IMG/VR virus record: IMGVR_UViG_3300031088_000758
Length of the DNA: 64,000 nucleotides
Reading direction: 5' to 3' (one strand)
Source: a virus
Taxonomy: Duplodnaviria > Caudoviricetes
In this document: positions 1 to 10,001 of the stretch, one piece after another
Position numbering within the stretch: the stretch's first letter is position 1
Layout of the letters: each line of letters starts with the position of its first letter
Notes under the pieces: model-generated
Seen by the model: only the letters and a program-made list of their open reading frames with translations
Told to the model about the DNA's origin: nothing
The model's database searches: none
Translations under genes and position numbers: made by a program

Positions 1-353
1 TTTTCTGGGAAGTCAGGACGGCGAGTAGGAACATTTACAGGATTATTAGAGTCTGTTCGCACATTAGAGGAAGGAGAAGTAGGACTTGTTGGAATACCAC
101 TTGCTCTGTTTGTAGCCTCTTTGTGTGCGTTAGCTTGTTCAGCTGCGAATTCTTCCTCATCTCTTGCTCTCTGTTCGTTTTCTGGGAAGTCAGGACGACG
201 AATAGGAACGTTTACAGAATTAGAACTTGTCTTTACTGGAGCAGAAGGAGATACAAAAGCGTTATCTGGTTTATGAAGCTCATTAGCTTGTTCAGCTGCA
301 AATTCCTCTTCATCTCTTGCTCTCTGTTCGTTCTCTGGGAAATCAGGACGACG
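1..353 (-). repeat. Coding direct repeats RRPDFPENEQRARDEEEFAAEQAN in the VirB6-like tail
   Basis: Near-identical 71-bp copies at 130-200 and 283-353; a third, partial copy at 1-40. Confidence 0.9.
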
Positions 354-3300
354 AGGAATTGGAGTATTACTTATTGAAGGAGCAACTGAACTTACTGACT
401 GTTCTGAATCTGTCTTAGCATTAGCATCATCATTGTCTCTACTTGGTATTACAGGAGCTGCAAAGCTGGATTCTGAATTAGCAGATACTACATTAGATTC
501 ATCATTGTTTTGTTGAGGAATCTCTGTGTTAAGTCTTCCGTCAACAGGTTTAACAAAAGGAACAACAGGGATTTCATCAGCATTAGCATGGTTCTTCACA
601 GCGTCTTCAGCATGTTTGATGTCATCATCTGAAGCTTTCATTTTAACAAGTTTGTCATTGAGATCTCGCTCAATGTTGTTTAAATCGCTGTCTTTCAATG
701 TGTCACCAGGTCGTAGATTTTCAAGTTCAGATTTGTAAACGTTGAATCTAGTCTTAGCGTTATCATACTTTGCGTTTGTTGCTTCTAGATCAAGCTCAGC
801 ATGTTCTTTAGCCTGACCAGCTTTACTTATGATATCATCTGAAAGTTCATTTTGTACATTGAGTCTGACATATTCATTGAAATCTTGTTTATCCATTCTT
901 GAAATTCCATGATCATTCAAATGCTCATTAAGATGTACATTGTATTGGTGACGCATACGTGAAGCATCTTGTGCCCCTATTGAAGCATACAAAGCATCTT
1001 TCTGTGGCTTCAAGTTGTTTATTTCGTTTCTATACTGTTCAACTGCTGCAGTATCCCCAGTAGCTTCTGCTATGTGTAATTTCATCTTAGCATCATGCAT
1101 AGCATTTGAAAGATTCTGATAATTAGCAAAGTCAACAACAAGTTTGTGCTCAGCTTCTACAGCGGCTATCTTTTCTTCCTTTTCAGCAGCGGTTAATGAA
1201 GGATTAGACTCAATTTCTCGTATTTTCTGTGCTCTGCTAATGTTAGAATCGGAAACCATTTCTTCTGTTGTTTCTTTTTCAGCTTCACGGAAATGTGCAA
1301 GTTGTTCTGTCTTATCTTCTAATTGCTGATTTCCAGACTCTTTATTTGCTACTGCTTCATCATACGATTGAGTAGCTGATGCAAGTGTAGCTTCTTCTCT
1401 CTTCTTGTCATTTTCAGCATCAATCATTGTATGCTGAGCCTTTTGTTCCTCAGAGCGAAGTTTTTGCTTATTGCCTGTGCTTGCTCGTTCATACTGAGCA
1501 ACCGCATTACCAAGCACTCCACCTTGACGACGGATACTTCTCTTAGCACTATCCTTAGCACCAGCTTTTGCGGCATCCAACCTATCACCAAGAGTAACAC
1601 CTGATCCAATACCACCACTTGCTACAAGAGCACCAGCTGTTCCAGCAAGAGCTGCAGTTCCAACGTTAGCAGTTTTTTGAGTCAAATTCTTAGTCTTGCC
1701 ACCAATGCCTTGAGCAACATCTCCTAGTTTATTAGACATAGCATTAGACAATTGTTGACCACCCATATTTGCTCGGCCTAGAAGACCCATAAGTTCATTA
1801 CGATACATGAACAACGCCATAGTAACAACGATAACGAATAATAGAGTCATACCAATATTAGATATGTCGGTTAACACAGCACCATAGATTGCTAAGGTAG
1901 CAACTAAGAATACAGCGGATAGAAGATATTTCAAAAGATTTGTGACAATCTTTTCAAGCCACCCTAAGAACAGTTTCTTTCCACGTCCAGGATGAACAGC
2001 AAATAAGAAGAATATAGGCGCAAAAGCCATAAGAATCAAAGTTCCTATATAGTAGACTAATGCGAATATGGCTGTTACTATGATGATGAAAGTTCCCAAA
2101 GCAGAAGTAATAATGGCTAACAATGGCATGAACAAGTTTCCGCTGATGCCTGACCAGTATGACCATGTGTTATCATTAGCTGCCGCTACAGCAACAACTT
2201 TATACCATCTATCATCAATAGAACCACTACGTGGAAGTTCAGAACTTTTTGAGACTTCATCACTCTGTGAAACGGCATTAACTTGAAGATACATTTGATA
2301 TGTCAAAACATTACATATTTTAGCACCACCATTGCTTGTCAAAGTCAATGTCTTATCTCTCATAGAATTATAAGATCCTGATGAGTATAAATCTACACAG
2401 AAATCGCTACTCTTTAAGCCAGCTTCTTCAATGCTGTCTTTTATTCTTCCTGTATTAGCATCTAGCTCATTAAAGCTCATACCAAAAGAACTATGCGCTA
2501 ATGGTTCAAGCACAAAGGCTTTCCATATGCTACATGTTATAGCGTTGGTACGAAGAAGCATTGTATCTGATATGCTAGCTCCAGAAACATTAGATTTACA
2601 AATATTAGTAGAAGTATTGGCTCCCTCTTTAAACTCTAATGTAGCATTAGTTCTACTGGCATCCATACAATTTTCGCCATTGAAAGCGCCAATAACACAA
2701 GTTGAAACAGCATTCGAAAAGGATATAGTTCCTTTAGATAGAATAGACGGATTCAATAGAAGCGCAAGCCCAACAATTACAGAAGCAATTAGCCATATTA
2801 CTCCAAATAAAGCTTCTCTGATTTTTCTCTTCACAAAGCCAATGTAGGCCACCCAAAATGCTGATATAGTCACAGCTATGACTAATAATGGAAGATAAAT
2901 GCTTGCTGTTAACGCTCCAATAATTCCGCCTGTTTGAGAACCTGTGCCACCAATTATTTTTCCTAAATTAAAACAGTTACCAGTAGGCTTAGCGGGATCA
3001 GAACATATAAATTCAGTGTTGAATGCAGTAACCGCAAAGAATTTGGCTAATCCTGTAACTAGGTTTGCTATACCTAGTCCGAGGTTAGTTAATCGTGTGA
3101 AAACTCCACCTATACAGTTACCAGCTGTCCTGCGTTCTTCTAATTTATCGCTATATTGAGAAGCATAGTTCTTGTAATTTTCGCCTTTTGGTTCAGCCTT
3201 GTCTCTAACCCAAAAATCGCCTTCACCTTCACCATGATACTGAACAGTAGTAGCACCTGCGCTAAAAGCTTCTTCAACAGTCCATGTTCTTCCCGATTTA

Positions 3301-3590
3301 TTAGGCAATGGGTAGCTTCCAATTCCATCACTTTCCCAAGAAGAACGATTATCCATGCCAACGCCCATAACAGGGGAGCAAAGAATACCAAAAGCATTAG
3401 CTGAGGTACCGTTATTGTTCTTACCGCTGATTCCTGCGATTAATGGTTGAGCAGTTATCAACATGATAAAAAGAGCGCTAAAAACAGATAGCAAAAATAG
3501 TACAGGGGACATGTTGTTCCCTGAATTCTTTATTTTTGGCAAATACATTTCATCAATATATTTAGAACTGTTTTTCCTACTATTGCCCAT
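1..3590 (-). CDS. VirB6/TrbL-like T4SS polytopic membrane protein with long repetitive C-terminal tail; >1196 aa, runs off the left edge, absent from the ORF track
   Basis: ATG at 3590 with GGAG RBS at 3597-3600 (MGNSRKNSSKYIDEMYLPK...). Spot-translated segments share one frame: hydrophobic LILMAFAPIFFLFAVHPGRGKKLFLGWLEKIVTNLLKYLL (~1920-2040) and PVNVPTRRPDFPE at the window edge. Lies beside other T4SS genes. Confidence 0.75.
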   Translation of the reverse strand, partial: MGNSRKNSSKYIDEMYLPKIKNSGNNMSPVLFLLSVFSALFIMLITAQPLIAGISGKNNNGTSANAFGILCSPVMGVGMDNRSSWESDGIGSYPLPNKSGRTWTVEEAFSAGATTVQYHGEGEGDFWVRDKAEPKGENYKNYASQYSDKLEERRTAGNCIGGVFTRLTNLGLGIANLVTGLAKFFAVTAFNTEFICSDPAKPTGNCFNLGKIIGGTGSQTGGIIGALTASIYLPLLVIAVTISAFWVAYIGFVKRKIREALFGVIWLIASVIVGLALLLNPSILSKGTISFSNAVSTCVIGAFNGENCMDASRTNATLEFKEGANTSTNICKSNVSGASISDTMLLRTNAITCSIWKAFVLEPLAHSSFGMSFNELDANTGRIKDSIEEAGLKSSDFCVDLYSSGSYNSMRDKTLTLTSNGGAKICNVLTYQMYLQVNAVSQSDEVSKSSELPRSGSIDDRWYKVVAVAAANDNTWSYWSGISGNLFMPLLAIITSALGTFIIIVTAIFALVYYIGTLILMAFAPIFFLFAVHPGRGKKLFLGWLEKIVTNLLKYLLSAVFLVATLAIYGAVLTDISNIGMTLLFVIVVTMALFMYRNELMGLLGRANMGGQQLSNAMSNKLGDVAQGIGGKTKNLTQKTANVGTAALAGTAGALVASGGIGSGVTLGDRLDAAKAGAKDSAKRSIRRQGGVLGNAVAQYERASTGNKQKLRSEEQKAQHTMIDAENDKKREEATLASATQSYDEAVANKESGNQQLEDKTEQLAHFREAEKETTEEMVSDSNISRAQKIREIESNPSLTAAEKEEKIAAVEAEHKLVVDFANYQNLSNAMHDAKMKLHIAEATGDTAAVEQYRNEINNLKPQKDALYASIGAQDASRMRHQYNVHLNEHLNDHGISRMDKQDFNEYVRLNVQNELSDDIISKAGQAKEHAELDLEATNAKYDNAKTRFNVYKSELENLRPGDTLKDSDLNNIERDLNDKLVKMKASDDDIKHAEDAVKNHANADEIPVVPFVKPVDGRLNTEIPQQNNDESNVVSANSESSFAAPVIPSRDNDDANAKTDSEQSVSSVAPSISNTPIPRRPDFPENEQRARDEEEFAAEQANELHKPDNAFVSPSAPVKTSSNSVNVPIRRPDFPENEQRARDEEEFAAEQANAHKEATNRASGIPTSPTSPSSNVRTDSNNPVNVPTRRPDFPE

Positions 3591-3667
3591 CAGCAACTCC
3601 ATAAAATTTTAAACTTTGTATTAGTTTATTTTCTATACGATATATAGCATTATCTAAAAACATAGAA

Positions 3668-3705
3668 AGACCTGATTGATACAATAATTAATATCAATCA
3701 GGTCT
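3668..3705. terminator. Inverted repeat, 14-bp perfect arms, downstream of phoH
   Basis: agacctgattgata / tatcaatcaggtct. Confidence 0.55.
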
Positions 3706-3724
3706 CTCTTATAAGAAGACAATA

Positions 3725-5152
3725 TTAGTTTTGTTCTTCAATAAGCTTCGAAGCAATTTCAGCCACTTTTGAACGTTCAGTACGTTTCAAAGAAATATGA
3801 GCGAAAATATCTTCTTTCTTCAAACTTTCAATAACTGACCAAATATCCGCTTTGCTTCCTGCTTGGAGGAATTTGTTGTCCACTTGCATGTCGTCAAAAG
3901 TAAACACAATCTTTGAGCCTTCGCCCGCACGAGAAAGAATATTAAGAATCTCTGAACGAGAAAAGTTCTGAGCCTCTTCAAGAACTAAGTATGAGTTTGC
4001 TAAGCTTCGTCCACGAAGATAAGTAATTGGCGAAATTTCTACCATACTTTTTAACTTATCAGTTTCTGCTTTAAGAGCTGTGTCAGCATGTGGACCTTGA
4101 TTTTTCTTGACATTCTTTTTAGAAGAAGCAATAACGTCAATAGCATCATAAATAGCTCCGGCCCAAGCACCCATCTTTTCTCCTACGTCACCTGGCAAAA
4201 ATCCCATTTCTTGACCGTTTCCCATTTCGTGAAGACTTCTGAATACAATAACCTTTTGATATCTTCCCGCTCTTAATTCGTCAAGACCAGCAGCAATAGT
4301 AACTAATGTTTTTCCACTACCTGCTTTGCCTTGAAGAGAAACAATAGATACTTCATCATATGGCTTCTTCAAGTATTCCATTGCTATGTCTTGTTCAACT
4401 GTTCTCGCAACAATGTTAGAAGCTCTATGCTTACGGTTTAGATTAGTAACTTTATCTCCAAAAACAAGCACATTAGAAATTTCAGCTCCTGTGTCTGAAA
4501 CAATCTTCACATAAGCATTTTTAGCACGAGAGCTAGGCAAAGATTGAAGAACAAACTTATCTAAATCATTTTCCTTGTCTAAAATGTTGCTGTACTCATC
4601 ATCTGATATAACAAGCTCGTAAGTTCCATCAAAAGGCTTAGAAGGAACGATAGCGTTAGCATTAAATTCAACTGCTTCAAGGTTTAAATCAAGTGTAGCG
4701 TGAATTCGCATAGGAACATCGTTTGACATAAGCACTACTTGATTATTGTTTTCATCTGAAAGATTTTTTGCCACTGAAAGAATAGTACTATCCCGAGATT
4801 TTTTATCTTGTAAATGTTTTGGAAGACTAGCTTGTGTTCTATGGTTAGGCTCAACTTTCAAGGTTAAATTATCATACTCTTTTAATTCTACTCCTGTTGA
4901 GAGTTCTTTGCCATATTCGGCACGCAGATTTTCAATTAACCTTAACCATTCTCTTGCTAGGAAGCCAATGCTATTGTGAGTTCTTTTTTCTTCTAGCTCT
5001 CTTACTACAATGGCTGGAATAATTATTAAACAGTTATTTAAGACTTTTAACATTCCCGTTCCCGCCATTAGCAACGATGAAGTGTCTATTACAACCATCT
5101 TTCCCTTCAACTTGTCCGCCAAAACACTTTGATTTTCTACAGATTTAGTCAT
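3725..5152 (-). CDS. phoH: PIN-PhoH (PhoH2-like) protein
   Basis: N-terminal PIN motif VVIDTSSLL; Walker A GKAGSGKT; PhoH motifs YLRGRSL and EEAQN. Confidence 0.9.
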   Translation of the reverse strand: MTKSVENQSVLADKLKGKMVVIDTSSLLMAGTGMLKVLNNCLIIIPAIVVRELEEKRTHNSIGFLAREWLRLIENLRAEYGKELSTGVELKEYDNLTLKVEPNHRTQASLPKHLQDKKSRDSTILSVAKNLSDENNNQVVLMSNDVPMRIHATLDLNLEAVEFNANAIVPSKPFDGTYELVISDDEYSNILDKENDLDKFVLQSLPSSRAKNAYVKIVSDTGAEISNVLVFGDKVTNLNRKHRASNIVARTVEQDIAMEYLKKPYDEVSIVSLQGKAGSGKTLVTIAAGLDELRAGRYQKVIVFRSLHEMGNGQEMGFLPGDVGEKMGAWAGAIYDAIDVIASSKKNVKKNQGPHADTALKAETDKLKSMVEISPITYLRGRSLANSYLVLEEAQNFSRSEILNILSRAGEGSKIVFTFDDMQVDNKFLQAGSKADIWSVIESLKKEDIFAHISLKRTERSKVAEIASKLIEEQN

Positions 5153-5290
5153 ATCTATGGTTTCCTGTCTTCAGTTATCTCAGGATACAAATAATTTACC
5201 TATTCGTATCATTCTTATTTAAAAACATTAAATAACATTTTTAAATCTTGCTTGTACTACTTTCTATAATGTTAACCAAAAGATTATTAA

Positions 5291-5346
5291 AAAAGCTAAA
5301 AGTGCAACATAATTATTTTTCGAATTATGTTGCACTTTTAGCTTTT
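5291..5346. terminator. Perfect inverted repeat, 24-bp arms
   Basis: aaaagctaaaagtgcaacataatt / aattatgttgcacttttagctttt, just past the stop at 5352. Confidence 0.6.
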
Positions 5347-5351
5347 AAGTT

Positions 5352-5969
5352 TCAGATGTCTTCGTTGCTACCAAATGATACAGCTGAAACGGTTGAATGA
5401 TGTGTTTGACAACTTGGCAACCCAAAAATACCCCAGTCATTAGTACTGGAATCATATACTTCAGCATTAATGACTTTATAATTACCAGGAGAAGGTCTTG
5501 CACCATCAATGGTAGAAGTGTTAAAGTTTTCAGAAGTATAGAATGTAGAAGCTGCAGGCTGAGACTCGCCACGCTCATTTCCTAACGTTATTTTAATATA
5601 AGGTGCTTGTCTTTCAATTCCGTCAACCATGACTGTATTACATGTTTCTGATTTAAGAGAAGCTATATCATTAGTATGAGCTGTAGAAGGATTAGACTGA
5701 CGTTTATACTCATTAATAAAAGCGTATACAGTGTTTTTGTTCAAACTACCCGAAGAATCAACAGTGCGGATAGAAGCTTGCGCTGATTCTTGTGCGGAAG
5801 TGCTAAAAACAATTCTTGCGTTAACGTTTTTGTTAAGGTCTGAAACAAAGCCCATCACGATCAGAACAAGAGGTATAGATATCAAAAAAATGATTAATGT
5901 TGAATCAGCTTTGTCTGTTTTTAGCTTAGTGAAAATACTTTTCATCTTGTCCATAATAGACCTCCTCAT
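5352..5969 (-). CDS. TadE/TadG-like pseudopilin
   Basis: N-terminal hydrophobic helix TLIIFLISIPLVLIVMGFVSDL followed by SAQESAQAS; overlaps the TadE-like gene by 4 bp. Confidence 0.6.
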   Translation of the reverse strand: MRRSIMDKMKSIFTKLKTDKADSTLIIFLISIPLVLIVMGFVSDLNKNVNARIVFSTSAQESAQASIRTVDSSGSLNKNTVYAFINEYKRQSNPSTAHTNDIASLKSETCNTVMVDGIERQAPYIKITLGNERGESQPAASTFYTSENFNTSTIDGARPSPGNYKVINAEVYDSSTNDWGIFGLPSCQTHHSTVSAVSFGSNEDI

Positions 5970-6544
5970 CTACGATTAGTGGTATCTGAGTTGGTAAGCT
6001 GAACTTCTGATTCAGCAGATCCAGTAGTTGTGTGTTGTCCACCTAAACCTTTTCCGTCCCCTGAACCTTTCGCAAAACTCATTGCTGATCCTGGTATTCC
6101 ACCATTATCCCAATTTACTTCACAATATGTTCGTTCACCAATAGAACCAGCCACTGAAGGACCACAATTAACATTAGCAATAGTAACGTTAACTAATCCA
6201 CTCTGGCTTGTAAGAGCGCTGACAACATTACATTCAGTAGTGCTCAAACTACTTATGTTGCCCTTGTAAAATTCTGTATTGATTCCAGAACATGCTTCTT
6301 CTTTACTTTGTCCATAAGCAAATTCAAGGTTTGTTGATCTTGTGGAAGTTCCATCTCCACCCATGATAGCTACCGTTCTTGCTCCATCTCTTGCAACAGC
6401 TTGAATTTGCCCTCGATTAGACATGTAAATGCCGAAATCTATCGTAGTAACAAGCATGAAAAAAAGCATTGGAAGGATAAAAACAGCTGAAACAAGTGAA
6501 TCAGCGCGGTCAGAACCAATTCTGTCCTGTAGTTTTTTAATCAT
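5966..6544 (-). CDS. TadE-like pseudopilin
   Basis: LVSAVFILPMLFFMLVTTIDFG...QAVARDGAR matches the TadE LP...DFG...AAREGAR pattern. Confidence 0.75.
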   Translation of the reverse strand: MIKKLQDRIGSDRADSLVSAVFILPMLFFMLVTTIDFGIYMSNRGQIQAVARDGARTVAIMGGDGTSTRSTNLEFAYGQSKEEACSGINTEFYKGNISSLSTTECNVVSALTSQSGLVNVTIANVNCGPSVAGSIGERTYCEVNWDNGGIPGSAMSFAKGSGDGKGLGGQHTTTGSAESEVQLTNSDTTNRR

Positions 6545-6647
6545 TAGTAATCCATCCCCGTTTAATTTATGTTATACATATTTATAATATCAATAGGTTT
6601 TCTAATGAACTTATAAAATCTGTACGATAAGAATCAAATATTCCAGA

Positions 6648-7517
6648 TCAAACAAATCGACGCATTTGTTCAAGCTCTTCACGAAGTCTACGAATTTCTT
6701 CCATATAGTTCATACATTGAGAACATTCATAAACAGTTGGTGGAGTTCCCCACCCGTTTTTAGCCACATCAGCAATAGAAATGTAGAACCTTCGTTTAGC
6801 ATCAAGACTCATGTGAGAGTCAGCGTTAGAATCAGGCTCTAAAGCAAAAATCATCATTCTCAAATAATCACTAGAAGATATACACAATCGTTGTGCTCTC
6901 CATTTTATAGTTTCTGCTTCTGTCATACTCATACGGCCCGAAAGTCTATTATTCCTCTTTTCATTTTGAGCTACAAGTTTGTCTAACTTACGATTTATTT
7001 CGTTAATTTTTATACTATATACGGAGATGACATCCTCATCATCTTCATCATCTAGTAATGTTATCATTTGCTCTTTATCTTTGCGATACTTAGCTTGGTT
7101 CTCATAAGCATCATCTATCTCTTTGAACGCTTTTTCTGCTCTTTCTCTCCAGCCATTTATGTCTACTGAACCTAGAGCACGATTTCTGATAAATTGAGAC
7201 ATAGTGATTTTTTCACCAGCGGTTTTTATTGCTTGTAATTCTTGGTCTAAAGACACTCGCTCCTGAGTGGTTACTGTGATAGAAACACGTTGATCTAACG
7301 GAGCACCACGTTTTTTACGATTAGAAACACGAGGCTTCCAGTCTTTGAAAAGATCAATAAGTTCTGGACGACCTCTTTCTTCGAGAATGCTCAGCTTCTC
7401 TTCAGTAGACATTGCTTCAGCAGCAACAACATAGCGATTATCATTTTCATTAGAATGATCTAAATGCTGTTTTACATTAGTTGCTGCTTTAATCTGTCTT
7501 GTCTTGCGATTACTCAT
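6648..7517 (-). CDS. MobC-like protein with two ribbon-helix-helix-like segments
   Basis: RVSITVTTQE...MSQFIRNRAL and RLSGRMSMTE...SSSDYLRMM separated by a coiled coil; lies in the conjugation cluster. Confidence 0.55.
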   Translation of the reverse strand: MSNRKTRQIKAATNVKQHLDHSNENDNRYVVAAEAMSTEEKLSILEERGRPELIDLFKDWKPRVSNRKKRGAPLDQRVSITVTTQERVSLDQELQAIKTAGEKITMSQFIRNRALGSVDINGWRERAEKAFKEIDDAYENQAKYRKDKEQMITLLDDEDDEDVISVYSIKINEINRKLDKLVAQNEKRNNRLSGRMSMTEAETIKWRAQRLCISSSDYLRMMIFALEPDSNADSHMSLDAKRRFYISIADVAKNGWGTPPTVYECSQCMNYMEEIRRLREELEQMRRFV

Positions 7518-7572
7518 TTTTACTCCTAAAAAATTTTACTAAGTATATTTATTTAAACTGAACTAAAATCAA

Positions 7573-8397
7573 TCAAGCATCACAAGTCCTTAATCCTTTT
7601 TCCAAAGCACGCTTGTCTTTAGCAGTAATTGTGGCATCATATTTATCAGCAGTTTCAACCCATAATTTGCTGTACTCACAGTGAAAATCTTTGTTTTTAG
7701 GCATGTAGTCACCTGGACCAGCATCACCTTTCTTTCTATTTTCAGTTGCAGATACGGCTAGAAGCTGACTTTTATCGTTAGCAAATGTTTCTTTTTGTTC
7801 AGGAGTCCAGTTTTGTCCTCCACGTTGCGCCATTGCTGAAAGAGGAATAACATGGTCTATATCTAGTTTGCTTGCGTCAGTAAACGTTTCATTCGAATAA
7901 GGATCAACCCAAGTTCCAGAAGTTATTTTACAAGTTTTAGCATCCGCTTTAACATCAGTGCCTTGTTCCTTCAACACTTCTTCACGAGTGTTGCAAGGGC
8001 TACCTGTCCAATGCTTCCAATCCGAACGTTCATAATCCACATTTTGAAGTTCCGCTATCTTCAGCGTATCAAGTTTCTTTAAGGATGAATTCTTATCCGT
8101 TCCGCTAGTTGCTGATCCTTGACTACCCTTGCCTTCACCATTACTAGATCCGCCTGAGCTACTGCCACCATTAGACCCACCACCAAAAGGATTAGCACAT
8201 TCCCATTTTATACTGCCATCTGAACATTCCCATATTTTGTCTGAATAAGATTTGAAATACGCAAACAAATCACTAGGACTATTTATATCATTGACCTTAG
8301 CAATTCCAATTAGTCCTGATGCCATTAAAATTAGAGTGATACCAGTAGCAATGAGACCTTTAAAGCCTCCACTGTTATTACCTTTTTTAGCACTCAT
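7573..8397 (-). CDS. Membrane-anchored or secreted HNH nuclease (DUF1524 type)
   Basis: N-terminal TM/signal, Gly/Ser linker, then YERSDWKHW, CNTREEVL, DIDHVIPL, NRKKGD. Confidence 0.85.
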   Translation of the reverse strand: MSAKKGNNSGGFKGLIATGITLILMASGLIGIAKVNDINSPSDLFAYFKSYSDKIWECSDGSIKWECANPFGGGSNGGSSSGGSSNGEGKGSQGSATSGTDKNSSLKKLDTLKIAELQNVDYERSDWKHWTGSPCNTREEVLKEQGTDVKADAKTCKITSGTWVDPYSNETFTDASKLDIDHVIPLSAMAQRGGQNWTPEQKETFANDKSQLLAVSATENRKKGDAGPGDYMPKNKDFHCEYSKLWVETADKYDATITAKDKRALEKGLRTCDA

Positions 8398-8421
8398 AAA
8401 AACTCTCCTATAATCTTATAC

Positions 8422-9858
8422 TTACTTTGCTGATGTTGGATCACCAAAAGTTGGATCACCTATATCGGACGAAAAATTAAAGCCTGAAGTTCCAACCATA
8501 TTCAAAGTAGTAATTTGCTTGAAAGACTTCATTCTATGATGATCACCAGGCATTTGCTCTAAGAACAATGTTTTCTGATCTCCTGCTGTCCATAGCAACG
8601 TTATTCCTTCATCTTCGTATGTTTGTTGTAGAACAGCACAAATTTCTTTTAAAAAGTTTTCGTCAGGTGCTTCAACACACATTCTGTAAGAACCTTCAAT
8701 CCAAGCAGTTTTGTCAGAAGCTACAATTGAGCCTACTTCTTGAACATCATGAAGAGCTTGGCTAAAGTCTTCTGGCATTCCTGAGGTAGCGCTTGTAAAG
8801 CTATCTTGTCCAGCAACAATGTTTTCGAATTCGTCTTTCTGTTCTTTTCTCTTTTTTTCTATATCCTTTTTGATTTTAGCACTGGGGAAAAGAGTGAAAC
8901 GTGAGTAAAGAGTAAAAGGAACGGGAAGAGAAAGCCTAGAAGGAAGGTAAAAGAATGGAAAATTGACAGGAAAGTGCATATCACGAGGGAACTTAGCAAA
9001 TGATAATGTTGCTCGGTATCCTGACATTTCTACGTCACCTACCATTTGAGTCATTTTCAGCCATCTCCATTTATTTTCAATAACAGAAGCACTTTCTAAC
9101 TCTAAATCTCCTGGGCCAACCCTGTTGTCAGGATCAACATTTAAATATGGAACAGGCATAGGATAAGGATGGAATTGTCTTTTGATTAGTAGAAGAAGCT
9201 CTTCAGTGGTTGCCCGTGAAGCCCTTAGATTGCCTGTAGAAAGGATTGTAGAGAAGGCTTGTTCTTTCCTTCGGAAAGATACTTCTTCGGCGGCTGAAAC
9301 CGTGTCTGAGGGAGTTTGAGCTGCTGCAGCTGCCCATTCTTTAAGTGTGTCAAAAGCACCTCTAAGACCTACTTCTAAAAAGTTCAAGTTAGTTGAATCT
9401 AATGCACCTCTTTTGCCTAAATGAAGTCCAATATAAGTAACTTTCTTCATATATTCTTGTTCTGCTAAATGATTAAATTGTTCATCCAAGAAATCTTCAA
9501 ATCGAGGTCCAGTGTTCCAGTTTTCAGATACACTTAACATTTGTTGTGCCCAAGCATCTACGTCAAAAGGTAGAGAAGTTTGAACTATATGCCCATCAAG
9601 AGGATCTTGTCTATTAGACATAAGATTGTTTAAAGCATTAGTTGTTTTTAAACCCAAAGAAATTTTTTGATCATTAGACAAGAAATCAAACACATCATTA
9701 CTTAGTCTGTAATAAGCATAAACATCTGTCTTGCTGAACACCATATTGTCAACAATACTTCGTGGGGATATATTTAACTTCTTTTCTTTTCGTTCGCTTT
9801 TACCAAGAGACGATAAAAAACTCGACTTTTCTTTTGGTTTTGCTTTGTCCTTAGCCAT
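8422..9858 (-). CDS. VirB4 (TcpF/ConE-like) N-terminal domain, no P-loop
   Basis: IVDNMVFSKTDVYAYYRL start and GDQKTLFLEQMPG...SSDIGDP end resemble the N-terminal half of Gram-positive VirB4s; no Walker A. Confidence 0.6.
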   Translation of the reverse strand: MAKDKAKPKEKSSFLSSLGKSERKEKKLNISPRSIVDNMVFSKTDVYAYYRLSNDVFDFLSNDQKISLGLKTTNALNNLMSNRQDPLDGHIVQTSLPFDVDAWAQQMLSVSENWNTGPRFEDFLDEQFNHLAEQEYMKKVTYIGLHLGKRGALDSTNLNFLEVGLRGAFDTLKEWAAAAAQTPSDTVSAAEEVSFRRKEQAFSTILSTGNLRASRATTEELLLLIKRQFHPYPMPVPYLNVDPDNRVGPGDLELESASVIENKWRWLKMTQMVGDVEMSGYRATLSFAKFPRDMHFPVNFPFFYLPSRLSLPVPFTLYSRFTLFPSAKIKKDIEKKRKEQKDEFENIVAGQDSFTSATSGMPEDFSQALHDVQEVGSIVASDKTAWIEGSYRMCVEAPDENFLKEICAVLQQTYEDEGITLLWTAGDQKTLFLEQMPGDHHRMKSFKQITTLNMVGTSGFNFSSDIGDPTFGDPTSAK

Positions 9859-9938
9859 TAATTCTCCCTTAAAACTTATATTTATAATACGTTTTTAATA
9901 TCAATAAAACGCACACCTATAAAACAAATGAATACATA

Positions 9939-9976
9939 AAAGAGTAGAGTGAAGACAATTCTTCACTCTACTCTTT
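9939..9976. terminator. Perfect inverted repeat, 17-bp arms
   Basis: aaagagtagagtgaaga / tcttcactctactcttt. Confidence 0.6.
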
Positions 9977-10001
9977 GTTTAACGCTATTTAGTGGTTATT
10001 C

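Noticed and set aside
123-3404. Short ORFs listed in the track over 123-3404
   Set aside because: Shadow frames of the long minus-strand VirB6-like ORF; the same applies to the other short ORFs overlapping long genes.
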